Made by a program: the position numbers and the translations under genes. Shown here in pieces: positions 25,120-36,350 of a DNA stretch of 39,719 nt. The stretch covers positions 1-39,719 of the forward strand of contig NW_003314300.1 of NCBI RefSeq assembly GCF_000143415.4. Reading direction: 5' to 3'. The number at the start of each line of letters is the position of its first letter. Position 1 is the stretch's first letter. Origin of the DNA: Selaginella moellendorffii (Eukaryota > Plantae > Lycopodiophyta). The notes under the pieces were generated by a model. The model was not told the DNA's origin, searched no databases, and was given only the letters and a program-made list of their open reading frames with translations.

Positions 25120-25317
25120 ATGGAGAACAAGGCTTTCTTGGTGATGTTTTTGGCGCTTGCCATGTTTGTGATGATGCTGGCCATGGGCGTGGACGTGGGA
25201 GGAATCGCAAAGGCTGCTGCCCAGCGCTGCCAGTCGGGGTGGTATTGGTATGACAACAGTTGCCACCGTTGCCAGAGGGGTTGGGTCTGGCGCAACAATC
25301 GCTGCTGGCGCAACTGA
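25120..25317 (+). CDS. Small secreted Cys/Trp/Arg-rich repeat peptide precursor, intact copy B (65 aa)
   Basis: MENKAFLVMFLALAMFVMMLAMGVDVGGIAKAAA-QRCQSGWYWYDNSCHRCQRGWVWRNNRCWRN; 8 substitutions and no indels versus copy A. Confidence 0.85.
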   Translation: MENKAFLVMFLALAMFVMMLAMGVDVGGIAKAAAQRCQSGWYWYDNSCHRCQRGWVWRNNRCWRN

Positions 25318-25609
25318 AGCCTCCCGTTTCACGGGGTAAGCCCATGTTAAGAATCAACATCGTAATTGCCTTTGATTTCATCATTCTGCAGTGCCAAGAA
25401 AGAATAAAGAGCACTGATAACGTGTTTTCTGATCGTGATGAGTTCCAGCAATAATAAATAAATTGTCCAGCTTGATATAAAAAGTCTGAATGTCTCTTGC
25501 TCCTCCTCTCTTCTCCAAATCCCTCGACTTCCAATCAATGCATCGCTGGATTGATCGATTGCTCGACTCGATTGGAGCGTCACAACCAGGCCCAGGCACA
25601 CGTAGCTCA

Positions 25610-25727
25610 CCAAGGCGATGGCGCAGCGCTGCCAATGGATTTCGCTGCGTGCTATGCAATTGGTACGGGTATGACCAGTTGCCATCGATGCCAGCGAGGG
25701 TGGCGCTCGAATGGCAGCCGCTACTGA
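25610..25727 (+). pseudogene. Decayed multi-repeat paralog of the Cys/Trp peptide
   Basis: NGFRCVLCNWYGYD, a frameshift, then SCHRCQRGWRSNGSRY*. Confidence 0.7.
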
Positions 25728-26370
25728 AGAATCGCCAAAGTTCGCTAGCCTGGCGCCTCGAAGAACCACGGGAGCGCAGTTTGAAATTTTCAAGCTTTTG
25801 GACTAAATTTTATTATTATATAATATTAAATAAACTAATATATGTTTTTGTCAATGAAATGTTGCCATCTTAGTCTCGACGTGGAACTTGGAAAAGCAAC
25901 AAGAAGGAAATAAGATGCAGTAGTGGAGACAAAATTTTCAACGAATCTGATCGCTTTCCCAAGACAAAGTCTAGCAATTACATACACCAACCACGTCCCC
26001 TCTCTCGATCGAAAGTGAAATGAAACACTTCTAAAGATCGTGAAGATCCAGCAATTTATTTGGATGTTTGTCCTTTTCAGTGGCAGTGAAGTCTATAGCA
26101 ATGGCGCGTGGTGATGCATGAGTTCAATAATATATATTATATAAACTGTGCCTTTACTCATATGGATTCATGTTGTTCTATGTCCCAGCATTATAAAAAG
26201 GAAAAGGAATTGACAAACACGGAACGATTTCCTCGACTAACTTTCAAAGGACAAAGTGATGCCGCCCTAAGAGACGTTACAGCATTGTATGCTGACTCCA
26301 GCTATAAAGACGAGCGGCCTCACACTTCTCTCGAATATACTCGTTGAACTCTTAGTTTTAGCAGCAAATC

Positions 26371-26506
26371 ATGGAGAACCAAGGCTTGCTTGGTGTTGTT
26401 TTCGGTGCTTGCCATGTTTGTGCTGATGCTGGCCATGAGAGTGGCCGTGGGAGGAATTGCACCTCGAGGATGGCGCTAGGATGGCGGCAGCTGCCACCGT
26501 AACTAG
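26371..26506 (+). pseudogene. Cys/Trp-rich peptide pseudogene
   Basis: Same 1-bp insertion and same TAG stop as the 18744 copy; ...GGIAPRGWR*DGGSCHR. Confidence 0.85.
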
Positions 26507-26724
26507 AAAGCTAGCTCCTCTCTGTGATCGTAAGTTTCCTCTCGGCAATTTTGAATGTATAATTCAACTATGAAGAACAAGTTGAGGGAACACACTATGA
26601 CCAACAAATCCAATTGCCCATGTACGCTTATTCGCCATTGACAAATCAAAGCTCTATCTTGTCCGTCAAGAGAGTTTACTGTATTCCAGGAAAATGCCGG
26701 TAAAAGCAAAGGAAATGATCGATG

Positions 26725-28480
26725 CCAAAGGTTGCATGTGGGGAGATGGGTAGTAATATCACGTCCATGCCTAATAGTCTTGCTGTTTCCAGGACAAGTT
26801 TGGTCACATAAGACCTGTGGCCATCAACAATGCGAGTGTGGTAGTTGTAGGCGAACATCCATTAGGGATTGATTTCATAAAGTGTTCAAGCCAATAGATT
26901 TTATATCATTCAAACTTTCTCACTGATGGCGAGTGTAACTCTTACTTTGCAATCTGCAATCCAATTTTGCATCCTCCACTTGCCTTGGAAGATATAGGAT
27001 CCAGGTAGCAGCATTCACTGCCACAAGAATAGTCATCTGCTCAGTGTTGTTTGGGACAATTCAGGAGCTGAATCTGACACTTGGGGTGTCCAAAACTTTG
27101 ACACCTCTACAACAATTGGCTCAGACACTACTTTTGTCAGCATTCCAAATGTGATTTGCTTGCAACATAAGATGCATCAAGATTCTCATAGAATCGTGAT
27201 GCAACTTCTTTGCTTAGGAACTTTGCATGTTGGAGCTCCAAGGCCTCCCCAAGCTTGCTACTGATCTCTGGGTGCCATTTCATGAAGCTACTGCTCCACT
27301 TTCGGCTCGGTTTTCTGTCTGTCCAGCTTAGTGCTATAGATGCCTGGAAACAACAAGAAGAGAAGTAAGTTGGTTCTCTTTCTTTTATCTTTTACCTTTT
27401 CAGATTGGCTTTCACTGACAAGAGCTGCCTGACAATTTTTCTGCACAACAGGCTAAAAGTGGTTTAATTAAGACCTCAAAGGACTTATAGTGTACCTCTG
27501 GATGCAATGACGGCCCAGAACGGGATAGAAGTGTTTGCACACGAGCTCTTCAAAGTAAGGTTGTACCTTTTGGACCAGCCAACGAAGTATTGTAAGATTT
27601 GCTCCATGTAATGTTGTTCTGGCTGAGATTTGCAGTTGATGTAACAGTAAATCTTGTGATCGGATCTAGAAAACATAAAAGAAAGAAATGCTTTCCTTTT
27701 TACAAGAATGTTCTTACCTCAAGATTCTATGCACTTTCACAGTCCACTCTTGAGACTAGTATATTTTAAGTCTATCCTTGTGTTTCTCCTCCATGTTTAA
27801 TGTGGTATTTAGGTTATGCTCCCACAATTCTTCACGTGGTCAAAGCCTCTCGCATGTGGATCGTTCGCCAAGGGATAGCCACATAAACGATTCGTTACTG
27901 GAGCTTTATTCCTTTCTTCTGCAACATTGATTTTGCGATGGCGCTTGCCATGTACCATATATCCACAAACAACACTACTGCCACCAACTATTGTTACTTT
28001 GCTCAAATCCTTTATAGTGCCCACCGGTTGCAACTCCACCATTTTGTGGAGCACGGAGCAAATCTATTCCCTGCCTCTGTTTTGAAGATCCCGAGCGTGG
28101 ATTTGCAGGCTCTCCATGCCTTGATGCTTGCAAGCAGACTTTACCAGTTCATGTTTTGTGGCTTCTCTTGCCTTTAAAACGTTTCCTTTGGTGTAGAAAA
28201 GGAGTGGCTTTCATTCAAGGAGCCTGCGGTTTAATCCCCAAAGACTTAAAAAGAAATGTCCAGGACACTGCATTAACTTTGACTTATCAAGGTGCGAGCT
28301 TTTTCTGAATGGCATGGAACCAAGGTGAAGTTCCAGAGATCCAACCAAGAAAGCTCTTGTCTTAGTAAGCAAAGTGTGGAAGCGATGGACCAAGGATGAA
28401 GGCCTTTCTGAAGCAGCGAAGTGGTTTGCCAAAGTTCAAGCTTAACAATTTTAAGACTGATTCAGCCAACATTTCTACAA
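26725..28480 (-). pseudogene. Unidentified decayed, intron-containing gene(s)
   Basis: Minus-strand GTAAG donors (e.g. ~27717) and coding-like segments broken by stops; family not recognised. Confidence 0.2.
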
Positions 28481-28557
28481 ATAAATGCATCAATTTAGAA
28501 TGCTCTACTTGATTGCTAGACTTTTGATGGGATGTGTCTAAGGCAGATCCTAGACAT

Positions 28558-29887
28558 TCATTTAATTTCAGAAAACTTCATCAAAATAAACCTACAAATC
28601 TCTTCAAAAGCCTTCATGGTTGTTTCAGCATGAGATGCAGTTCCTGCTGAAATCTCCACACAACCAATATCTGTCTTAGTTGGAGGTAATTTAGTGTTGG
28701 AGCGACTAAAACACCAATATCCCTTTCTTGATGTTATTTCCTTCTTCTCTGAGCTTGATGTTGTCATGATCGTTCCCAAAGGCACGGAGCTTGAAACCCA
28801 TTCTTTACAATTTTGTACCACAAACATCCGAGAAGTACAAGAAAGATTCTGTAAAAATAAAATAATATATAAAAAAGAAAAAAGAACATATGTCTTACCT
28901 TCACATATGAGCTTTGTCCAGCATCAGTGAAAGCAATGCATTTGAGACGTTGTAGCACCTCTAACTCTGTAAAGTTTATAATAAATATAAAATATCTCAA
29001 GTAAATAATTAAAACCTCGATATTTTAGAAGCTCATAAGCATCATATCCACCACATGAATGTGCAATAATAGCAAGTTGTTTAGCTGGAAGTTTTTGACA
29101 TATATTATCCCATACAGATATAATATGTTCTCTCCGATTCTTAAAGTATGACTCCTATAATAAAAACATTAATAAGTAAAGGTAGAATAAGAAAACTTAA
29201 AATTGCATTACCGTTTTTAGAGAGGCATGATTTGGATTCAAAACTAATATTGCAATGTTCCTCTTGTGTGCCCACTCTAATAAAATATAAAGTTATATCT
29301 GACTAAAATACTAATTTTCTTAAAATTTACCAAGAAATGGCAAAACACTCCCAATCTTTAGTGAACCCTGTACCAAAATTTAAATTCAGTCTCAAATTGG
29401 AAACTTATAAAGAACTTACATTAATACATAGCTTCCGAGCCCATTGCCCTGCACTGATAAAAACAAAACCAGAAATTAAATCCCTGTACTAAAATTAATT
29501 GAGTTAGAAAACTTACGCTACTTTTCCAGCTCCACAGCCAAGAATAACAAGCTCATTAGCTTTAACAGCATTCTTAGATAAGAAAACAAAACACTGAAAA
29601 AGCACATAAGGTTTTAAAATCTCAAATTGAATCTAACCACTAAAACCTTTTGTGAGGGTAGCTCCACTCTCTCCATACCATACTTCTAGAAATAAAACAG
29701 TTAGCACGATTTTTTTTTACTTAACTAGTACCGTTTCCATAAGCTGATGCACAATAATCTCCAGAGCATCGCCTACACACTCATAATGAGATTGGCTTAC
29801 AAACTGAAAACCAGCACCAGTCGCTATATGTCGCAGTTCTAAGCTTTCTTCATCTAATCTATAGCCCAACTCTTCCAATCTCTCCAT
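28558..29887 (-). CDS. FAM172A: FAM172A/Arb2-domain protein (alpha/beta-hydrolase fold), many short exons
   Basis: Spliced: MERLEELGYRLDEESLELRHIATGAGFQF..HYECVGD|KYGMERVELP|CFVFLS..LVILGCGAGKVA|AGQWARKLCIN|GSLKIGSVLPF|..ILVLNPN|EHIISVWD..IIAHSCGG|..CIAFTDA|NCKEWVSSSVPLGT..CVEISAGTASHAETT; colinear with FAM172A signature motifs. Confidence 0.9.
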
Positions 29888-29959
29888 CAAAGCAAACCCT
29901 AACTAGGTTTTAAAATAACATATACATATATTCCTTTTATCAAGGAAGAGCTCAGAATC

Positions 29960-30140
29960 ACAAGACACTTGCATTGCATAGAGAATTGGATATATGCCAG
30001 TTGTTACTTGTTCTTAGTCTTTGCTTGCCACCATGGCTTCTACCTCAAGCTCTCAAGCTTGTCAAGCAGGAACTTCCTGTTGAGCCTATATGGTCTTGAG
30101 AATGAATTTTTCTTTGCGAATGCTCTACTGGATGCGTCCT
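29960..30140 (+). pseudogene. PPR motif fragment
   Basis: YGLENEFFFANALLD resembles the L-to-S motif junction GLESDVFVANALLD. Confidence 0.35.
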
Positions 30141-30294
30141 CGATTGCTTCCAATCCGTTCGTAGTGGTTACTGAGGGCTTTTGCAAAGCATCGATGCTTT
30201 GGAGTGGGCGCGTTTGCAAGAGCCACAGTAGCTTAGCTTGGAATAAAAAGAGCGGGCTTATTTGAAATGCTCTTACTCTTAGGTCTAATCGAGA

Positions 30295-32597
30295 ATGCGG
30301 GCGATTCATTCGATCGCGGTGGCTGGAGCTCCTGGAGATCGCGGCGGGCACCGGCAATCTCCTGGCCATGGCGCTGCCACTGGCGCCGGCGCTGGATCAT
30401 CGAGGTAAGAATTCTCGCTCCAGTTTCAGGGTTTCAATCGCGTTTCTTTCGCAGGTGGAGAACTCCCAAGAACAAGAGCGGCTCTAATGCTGGAATTCCG
30501 TCGATCTACGACGCGTTGCAGCAGGCGGGAGCGATTCCGGGCGTTGGTGTCGTGCTTGCGGCATTGACAGCGTGTAGAAACTCGCGAGACCTCCAAACAG
30601 GTAAGCGAGTCCATAGCTACGTTGCCGAGCGAACGAATTACTGTTCTTCAAACAGCGTGGTGGCGAACTCTGTGCTGGATATGTACGCAAAGTGTGGAAG
30701 CATGGAGGACGCGTTGCAAGCTTTCTCTGAGATGAAGCATCGGGACGTCGTTTCGTGGACTTCCATGATCTCCGGATATGCAAGGTGTGGAGATGGCGCT
30801 CTGGCTCTCAAGTTCTTCTTGCGCATGCAAGAAGAAGGCTGTGAGCCGGATCGTGTCACGGTCATCGCAGCAGTGAAGGCATGCTCTAGCTGCGCAGAGA
30901 AGGAAGAAGTTCGCGTGATACTAGGAAGAGCAGTGAAGATCAAATCGCTGGAACAGGGAAGAGCTCTTCATTCTCGAGTCGCCAGAGCAGGATTTGTCCG
31001 GGACCTTGCTGTGGCAAACTCGCTGGTGGATATGTACTCCAAGTGTGGGAGCATGGAAGATGCACAAAAGGTGTTCGAGAGCATGAGGCAGCGGGACGTG
31101 ATTTCATGGACTTCGATAATTTCGGGTTATGCACAGGCTGGGGAAGCGGAGTTTGCTCTCGAGCTTTACTCGCGAATGCAAGACGAAGGCTGCGCTCCAG
31201 ATCGTGTGACTCTCCTCGCTGCGCTCAAGGCTTGTGCTAGCTTGGCCGAAGGAGAGAAAGATGGTCCCTCGAGACAAAAGTGGCTGGAGCAGGGGAGGGC
31301 TATTCATTCCAAGGCCGTGGCAAGTGGAAACCAGTCGGATCACTTCGTGGCAAACTCTCTACTCGACTTCTACGCAAAGTGTGGGAGCATGGAAGACGCT
31401 TATACTGTGTTTCAAGCTATGTGTCGTCACAGCTCAATCTCGTGGAAGTGCATGATCCTGGGATATGTCCACAACGGGGAGTCCGAGCAAGCTCTCGAGT
31501 TTTACAAGCGCATGCAATCAACAGGGTGTGTGGCGGATCGTGTGACTTTACTGGCAACTTTGAAAGCTTGCTCTACCTTGACGGCGGCAGGGGCATCAGA
31601 AGAAGCACTGGGAACTGCTGAGAAAGAAAGGCTCGTAAAGTTCAGGCTCAAGTGTCTCGAAACAGGAGCACGCATCCATTCTCAAGCTGGAACGCTGGAC
31701 CTTGCAGTAGCAAACTCTCTAATCGATCTCTACGCGAAGTGCGGTCGCATCATACTTGCTCGCAATCTCTTCGAAAGCCTTCCACATAAGAACACCGTCT
31801 CATGGAACTGTATCATCATCGGGTATGCGGAGTGTGGGGAAGGCGCCGTGTCTTTGGAACTCTACAGACAGATGCGTCACGCCTCAGGCTGTGCTCCAGA
31901 TGCCGGTAGTTTCGTGGCCGTTTTAAAAGCTTGCTCCAGCTTGGTGGCACTGGAATTCGGGAGGCAAATCCAGATGGAAGCTCGCAGTTTTGGACTAGAG
32001 AGAGATCCCATCGTCGCAAACGCGCTCGTTAGTTTCTTCGCGAAGTGTGGGAGCATGGCCGAGGCCGAGGAGGTATTTAGTTCCATTTCGAAGAAAGATT
32101 TAGTGACATGGAGCTCATTGATCGCAGGCTATAGCTGCCGAGGCGACGCAACTCGGGTGCTGGACCTCTTCGAGAGAATGGAGAAAGTTGGCGGTGTGAA
32201 GCCAGACGGTGTTACGCTCCTCTCCGTCCTCACTGCCTGTAGCCACGCCGGCCTGGTCGACAGAGCGAAGGACGAATTCAGAGCAATGCCCCGCAAGCAT
32301 GGGATTGCTCCCACGATTCAACACTACACTTGCATGGTGGAGCTTCTCGGCCGCGCGAATCAACTCGACGAGGCAGTGAAATTGGTGAAAGGGATGAGCT
32401 GCAAGCCGGATGTTGTGATATGGAAGGCAGTGCTGGGAGCTTGCTGGAAGTGGAAGAACGTGGCGCTCGGGAGGCTTGCTTTCGCGTCCATCATGGAGCT
32501 CGACAATCAAAATGCCCCGGCTTACGTGCTCATGGCCAATCTTTATGCTGAGGCTGGGATGCTGGAAGAAGCCGCAAGGATGCGCCGAAGAAGTTAA
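30295..32597 (+). CDS. PLS-class PPR protein with E domain (no DYW), probable organellar RNA-editing specificity factor; likely one 5' intron at 30405-30454
   Basis: Uninterrupted ORF with repeated ANSLVDMYSKCGSMEDA / DVVSWTSMISGYA / PDRVT..A.KAC triplets and a C-terminal E region (ELLGRANQLDEA..W.AVLGAC..YVLMANLY). ATG 30295 (MRAIHS) joins in frame via GTAAGA..CGCAG. Confidence 0.93.
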
Positions 32598-33289
32598 CTA
32601 TCTGGTACGTGACACTTTGAGTCCCCCGTGTTAACTTTCTAAATGCCTTGTAGAAGCGATTGACAAGACAAGATCCAAAGAAGGTTATTACGGGAGGATT
32701 TTATCACTTTCGGTACCTACGGAGAAGAAACAGGTGTGAAGAGATTTTCTCATGAAGGAATTGCGTGGCTAACTGCGATCAAACAAACAGGTCTCAAAGG
32801 ATTTTCTCCCGACTTGGACGCAGAAGTTCTCGACCGGAACCAGCCCAGGGCCAGAGAATAAGTGAACTTCGCCACCTAAGAGTGCCAACGACGATGGAGA
32901 AATCTGGATACCATACGATTTATAGTTCTTCCAGTACGAACTCAGTGCTTTACTTGCAGAGAAACAAAACAAGCCAGGCTTTACAGTTGCAAGTGTCAAG
33001 GTTCCACGAGTTTGACTTTCTCCTGTTCCATCGAATGCGAGCCCAGCCCAAGGCTAGCAGCAGCGTGGGAGCTTTGGAGCCTCTGAAGGGAATTGACGCA
33101 GATATCTTCAGGTGTGGACTCGAGGACATACAAGCTCCAAGGTTACTTCATGTACGCTGTGCACAGGCTGAGGCCGAACTATTTGCTGCTTCCTGCGAAC
33201 GCTCCCAACTATGGAGTCCAATTCATGAGGATGATACAAGGCTACAAGTTTCAGGCAAGAGTATTAGTGAGGGTGAACAAGATTCTGTA

Positions 33290-33560
33290 AGGTGACTCCA
33301 GACGCAGTTGCCTAGACGGCCATGATCCGCGATGGGGACACACGAATGGTTTTAAGCTCTTCAATGAGATGCAAGACGAATGGCACTTCTTTGTGTGCTC
33401 ACGGCGTGCAGCCATCCCAGGCTTGTCCGTGCTAAGCAAAAGTATGGAGTTTGTCTATTGACTGAAGCGCCGAGCTGGAGGAAGCGGCGAAAATGGTTCA
33501 AAGCCAGCTGCTTGACAAGAAGTGGAAGAATGCGGGCTTACTTTCGATTGGCTTGGCGAG
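33290..33560 (+). pseudogene. PPR C-terminal remnant
   Basis: FKLFNEMQDE and CVLTACSHPRLVRAK..YGV fragments, frameshifted. Confidence 0.55.
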
Positions 33561-33599
33561 GAAAAATAAAAGTTAAGAAAACGATCAAAAATTTTAGAT

Positions 33600-33624
33600 T
33601 GGGGATGCCAGGAATCGAACCCGG
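33600..33624 (-). tRNA. tRNA-like 3' fragment (T arm/B box + acceptor strand); not a complete tRNA
   Basis: Minus strand CCGGG-TTCGATT-CCTGG-CATCCCC-A. No convincing D or anticodon arm. Confidence 0.4.
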
Positions 33625-34929
33625 AGTCTTTTTGTTTGGTCAAATAGAGGATTAACCCGAATAAAAGACCTTGCTTAGTGACATCTACGTAAAAAAAGAT
33701 ACTGGAAGTTTCAGGGACGTTAATCCTTTATAGAAGTGTCTCGTCGAAGGATTAAAGACCAGTACGTGTTGATCTCGACTTGTTTAAATCATAATGTTTA
33801 CACGACAATGTGAAAAACATTCATTGCTCTTTTTTTTTTTTATAATATAGGAATTTTAAAACTTTGCGTCATAACGACTAAAGAAAGTCACAAAGATTCG
33901 ATGAAGCTAGCAGAAGAACGAAATCTGGGCGCTCGCTGTGATCGTGAATCGATCTTCGTCACCTTTTGTGTGGAGAGTGTAGCACACGATATATGTGAGG
34001 CTTGAAAGAGTAGCTTGACATTCCCTCCAAGCAACGTTCATCGTTTCGGTGCTGTGCCACAGGAACTTTAACACCCTTGGTGAGTTAGCTGAATTCAGCA
34101 ATGATGTTATAACCTGGTCATGCTCAAATTGAAAAGAACTTGACCATGAATTATAATAATAAATTCTTGGCTAGTACCACAACAGGTGACCACTGATGGG
34201 ATGTGCAAGACCATCTTTCTTTAATAAAGTTAATCTTTAATAGTTATAATAATAATTAATTTTAGTAATTATTAGTTTGCTTAAGCAAAGGAATGGGGTG
34301 GTAGTGAGTATACTTAGAATATTCTTGGATATTCAAGGATATTTTACCATCTAACAGTTATTATTCATTTAGATTAATCTTATATTTATCATACTCCCTT
34401 ATTTAAATGTGCTATTGGAATATCCGGTGAATCTAACGGTTCAAATTCAAAAACTTCAAATAGATGGCATAGATCAAGTGCCAAAGGGGTGGCAATGCTT
34501 CAATGTGATTTTAGTGACACTCCAAATCAAGTGAAACTTTTTAGGGTGATAGGGCAGATTGTGAGCTACTCTGTGTGTTGTGTGTGTTAATGTTTCCTTT
34601 TCTTTTAGTTGGAGCAAGGTTTTGGAAATGAAGACCATGTGCCCAGATGAGACAAGCCATTTGCTGCTTCTCACAGCTTGCGCTCACAGTGGAGAAGTGG
34701 GCCATTGACTGAAGCTATGCCGCTCTTCTTTAGAACCTTGAAAGTAAGATTTTCAATGTTTTTTGAGAGTTTCCATCTATTTATCTTTGCAGGAAAAAGA
34801 TCCAGACTGGTAGTCAAGTCGCTAGAGAGAAAAGCTGAGAAAATTGGTGAAATGGCTTTATATTTTTTCGTTTTTGTGTTAGAACTAAAACTTTGCAGCT
34901 TTCTTTCAGCCTATGCAAGACAATGATTT

Positions 34930-36350
34930 AAATCCAAGCCTTCAGGAGAAGTACATCCCTGCTGTAAACAACTCTCCTCCATCCCCCTTGCTGCCATCAG
35001 CAAATGGTGGAACAATGTCCAGGTATGTAGTGTTTTGCTCTTTAATAACTGATGTTGCACCTTTGCCATAGGTGCTCAATCTAAGAACACTCACCTGGTC
35101 CAAAGTTGAGCAAAAGCTCCCAATGTCTCCTTTTGTCCTTGTCCATGCCACTGATCCCACCTTGTGCTGGTCATAGCCTGGTAATTTTTTTAGCTTTTTA
35201 CTTTCATCTTACAATATTCCGGAGTGTTTTCAGATTCTGAAGAACAGATGCTACTTGTTGGTGGCCACTTGAGAAACCCTTGACTCTGTCTCAGGTTAAT
35301 ATAATGCATTTCAGTGTCTCACTTCAGTGCTCTCTATCTCCAGTTCATGTTTTTGATATACAGACTTTCACTTGGTTGCTTTTTCCAACATATGGACAAG
35401 CTCCGGTGCATGTGACATACTGTATCACGAACCTGAGATTGACCATTTGCTGTTTGAGGGGCCAGTCTGTTTCGCTGATCGGATCCTGTTTAGTGGAGTC
35501 ATGTTTGGTGGAGAAGACTCCAATAGGTGTCTACTCAATGACCTCAACATCTGTGATCTGGAAACAATGACATGGGAGGCAATATAAGCCAGCACAGACG
35601 TATATTGCATGTGAGGTATGCTATTTTGATTATCCTTCCTGGCCTTACTCTGATTCCATTTGTCATTTTCTGTCCTGCCTAGAGATTGAGTCTCGTCTTC
35701 ATGTGTTTGAATGGAGAAGAAACATTAATAGCCTTGGTTTTTTTTGAGACTGTGACTTGTATTGAGGTGGAAGCTGTCAGATGCATGTACTGAAGACATG
35801 CAAAAGCCAATCAGAGGTGTCTCCTGCTCTGAGTGTTGGTGGAAGCCATTTTATAGAGGTTGGAGAATCTGCAAATGTGCCCGAGAGCTCAATAATTTTG
35901 AAGGAATCATTAGATCATCAGCCTATGGTATCATGTTTTTGTGCGTCTCTTCCCTGTTTGATAATGTTATTTTACTTCTTTCCAGGAGAATGGCAGCTAC
36001 AACACACCAAAGTTGCTGGACCTTAAACAGGAGCTTGAGGTGGCTCTAGCATCACGCTAAGACGAAATAGCATGTACAGCTATGACTGGTCGAATATAAA
36101 GAAACCCTTAGCTTTTGTGAATTGCTTTAATGGCAAGGAGCTTATGCAGCATGATAGTTCATGGTAGAATGAAATAGAGGCACTCCAGGTTTGGCATTCT
36201 TGTTGGATGTCTCTATGCTTCTCTCTGAAAGTGATGAAAAGAATGAGATTGCTACGCTCTAGGTCGTGTCAGTGCTGCTGTTGTCCACCAGCAGTGACAT
36301 TCCCACTAGTGTTGCTTGCGGCAAGATCAAGATCATCGTTGAGTTTTAGG
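34930..36350 (+). pseudogene. Kelch-repeat ACBP4/ACBP5-like pseudogene
   Basis: VLNLRTLTWSKV, IPPCAGHSL, VHVFDIQTFTW..TYGQAPV, RGQSVSLIG, MFGGEDSNRCLLNDLNICDLETMTWEAI* across short introns; frameshifts and stops. Confidence 0.8.

Noticed and set aside
21969-25317. Peptides as BURP-domain RiPP (burpitide) precursors because of Trp/Tyr-rich repeats
   Set aside because: No BURP domain (CH motifs) in the window; paired Cys spacing favours disulfide hairpins.
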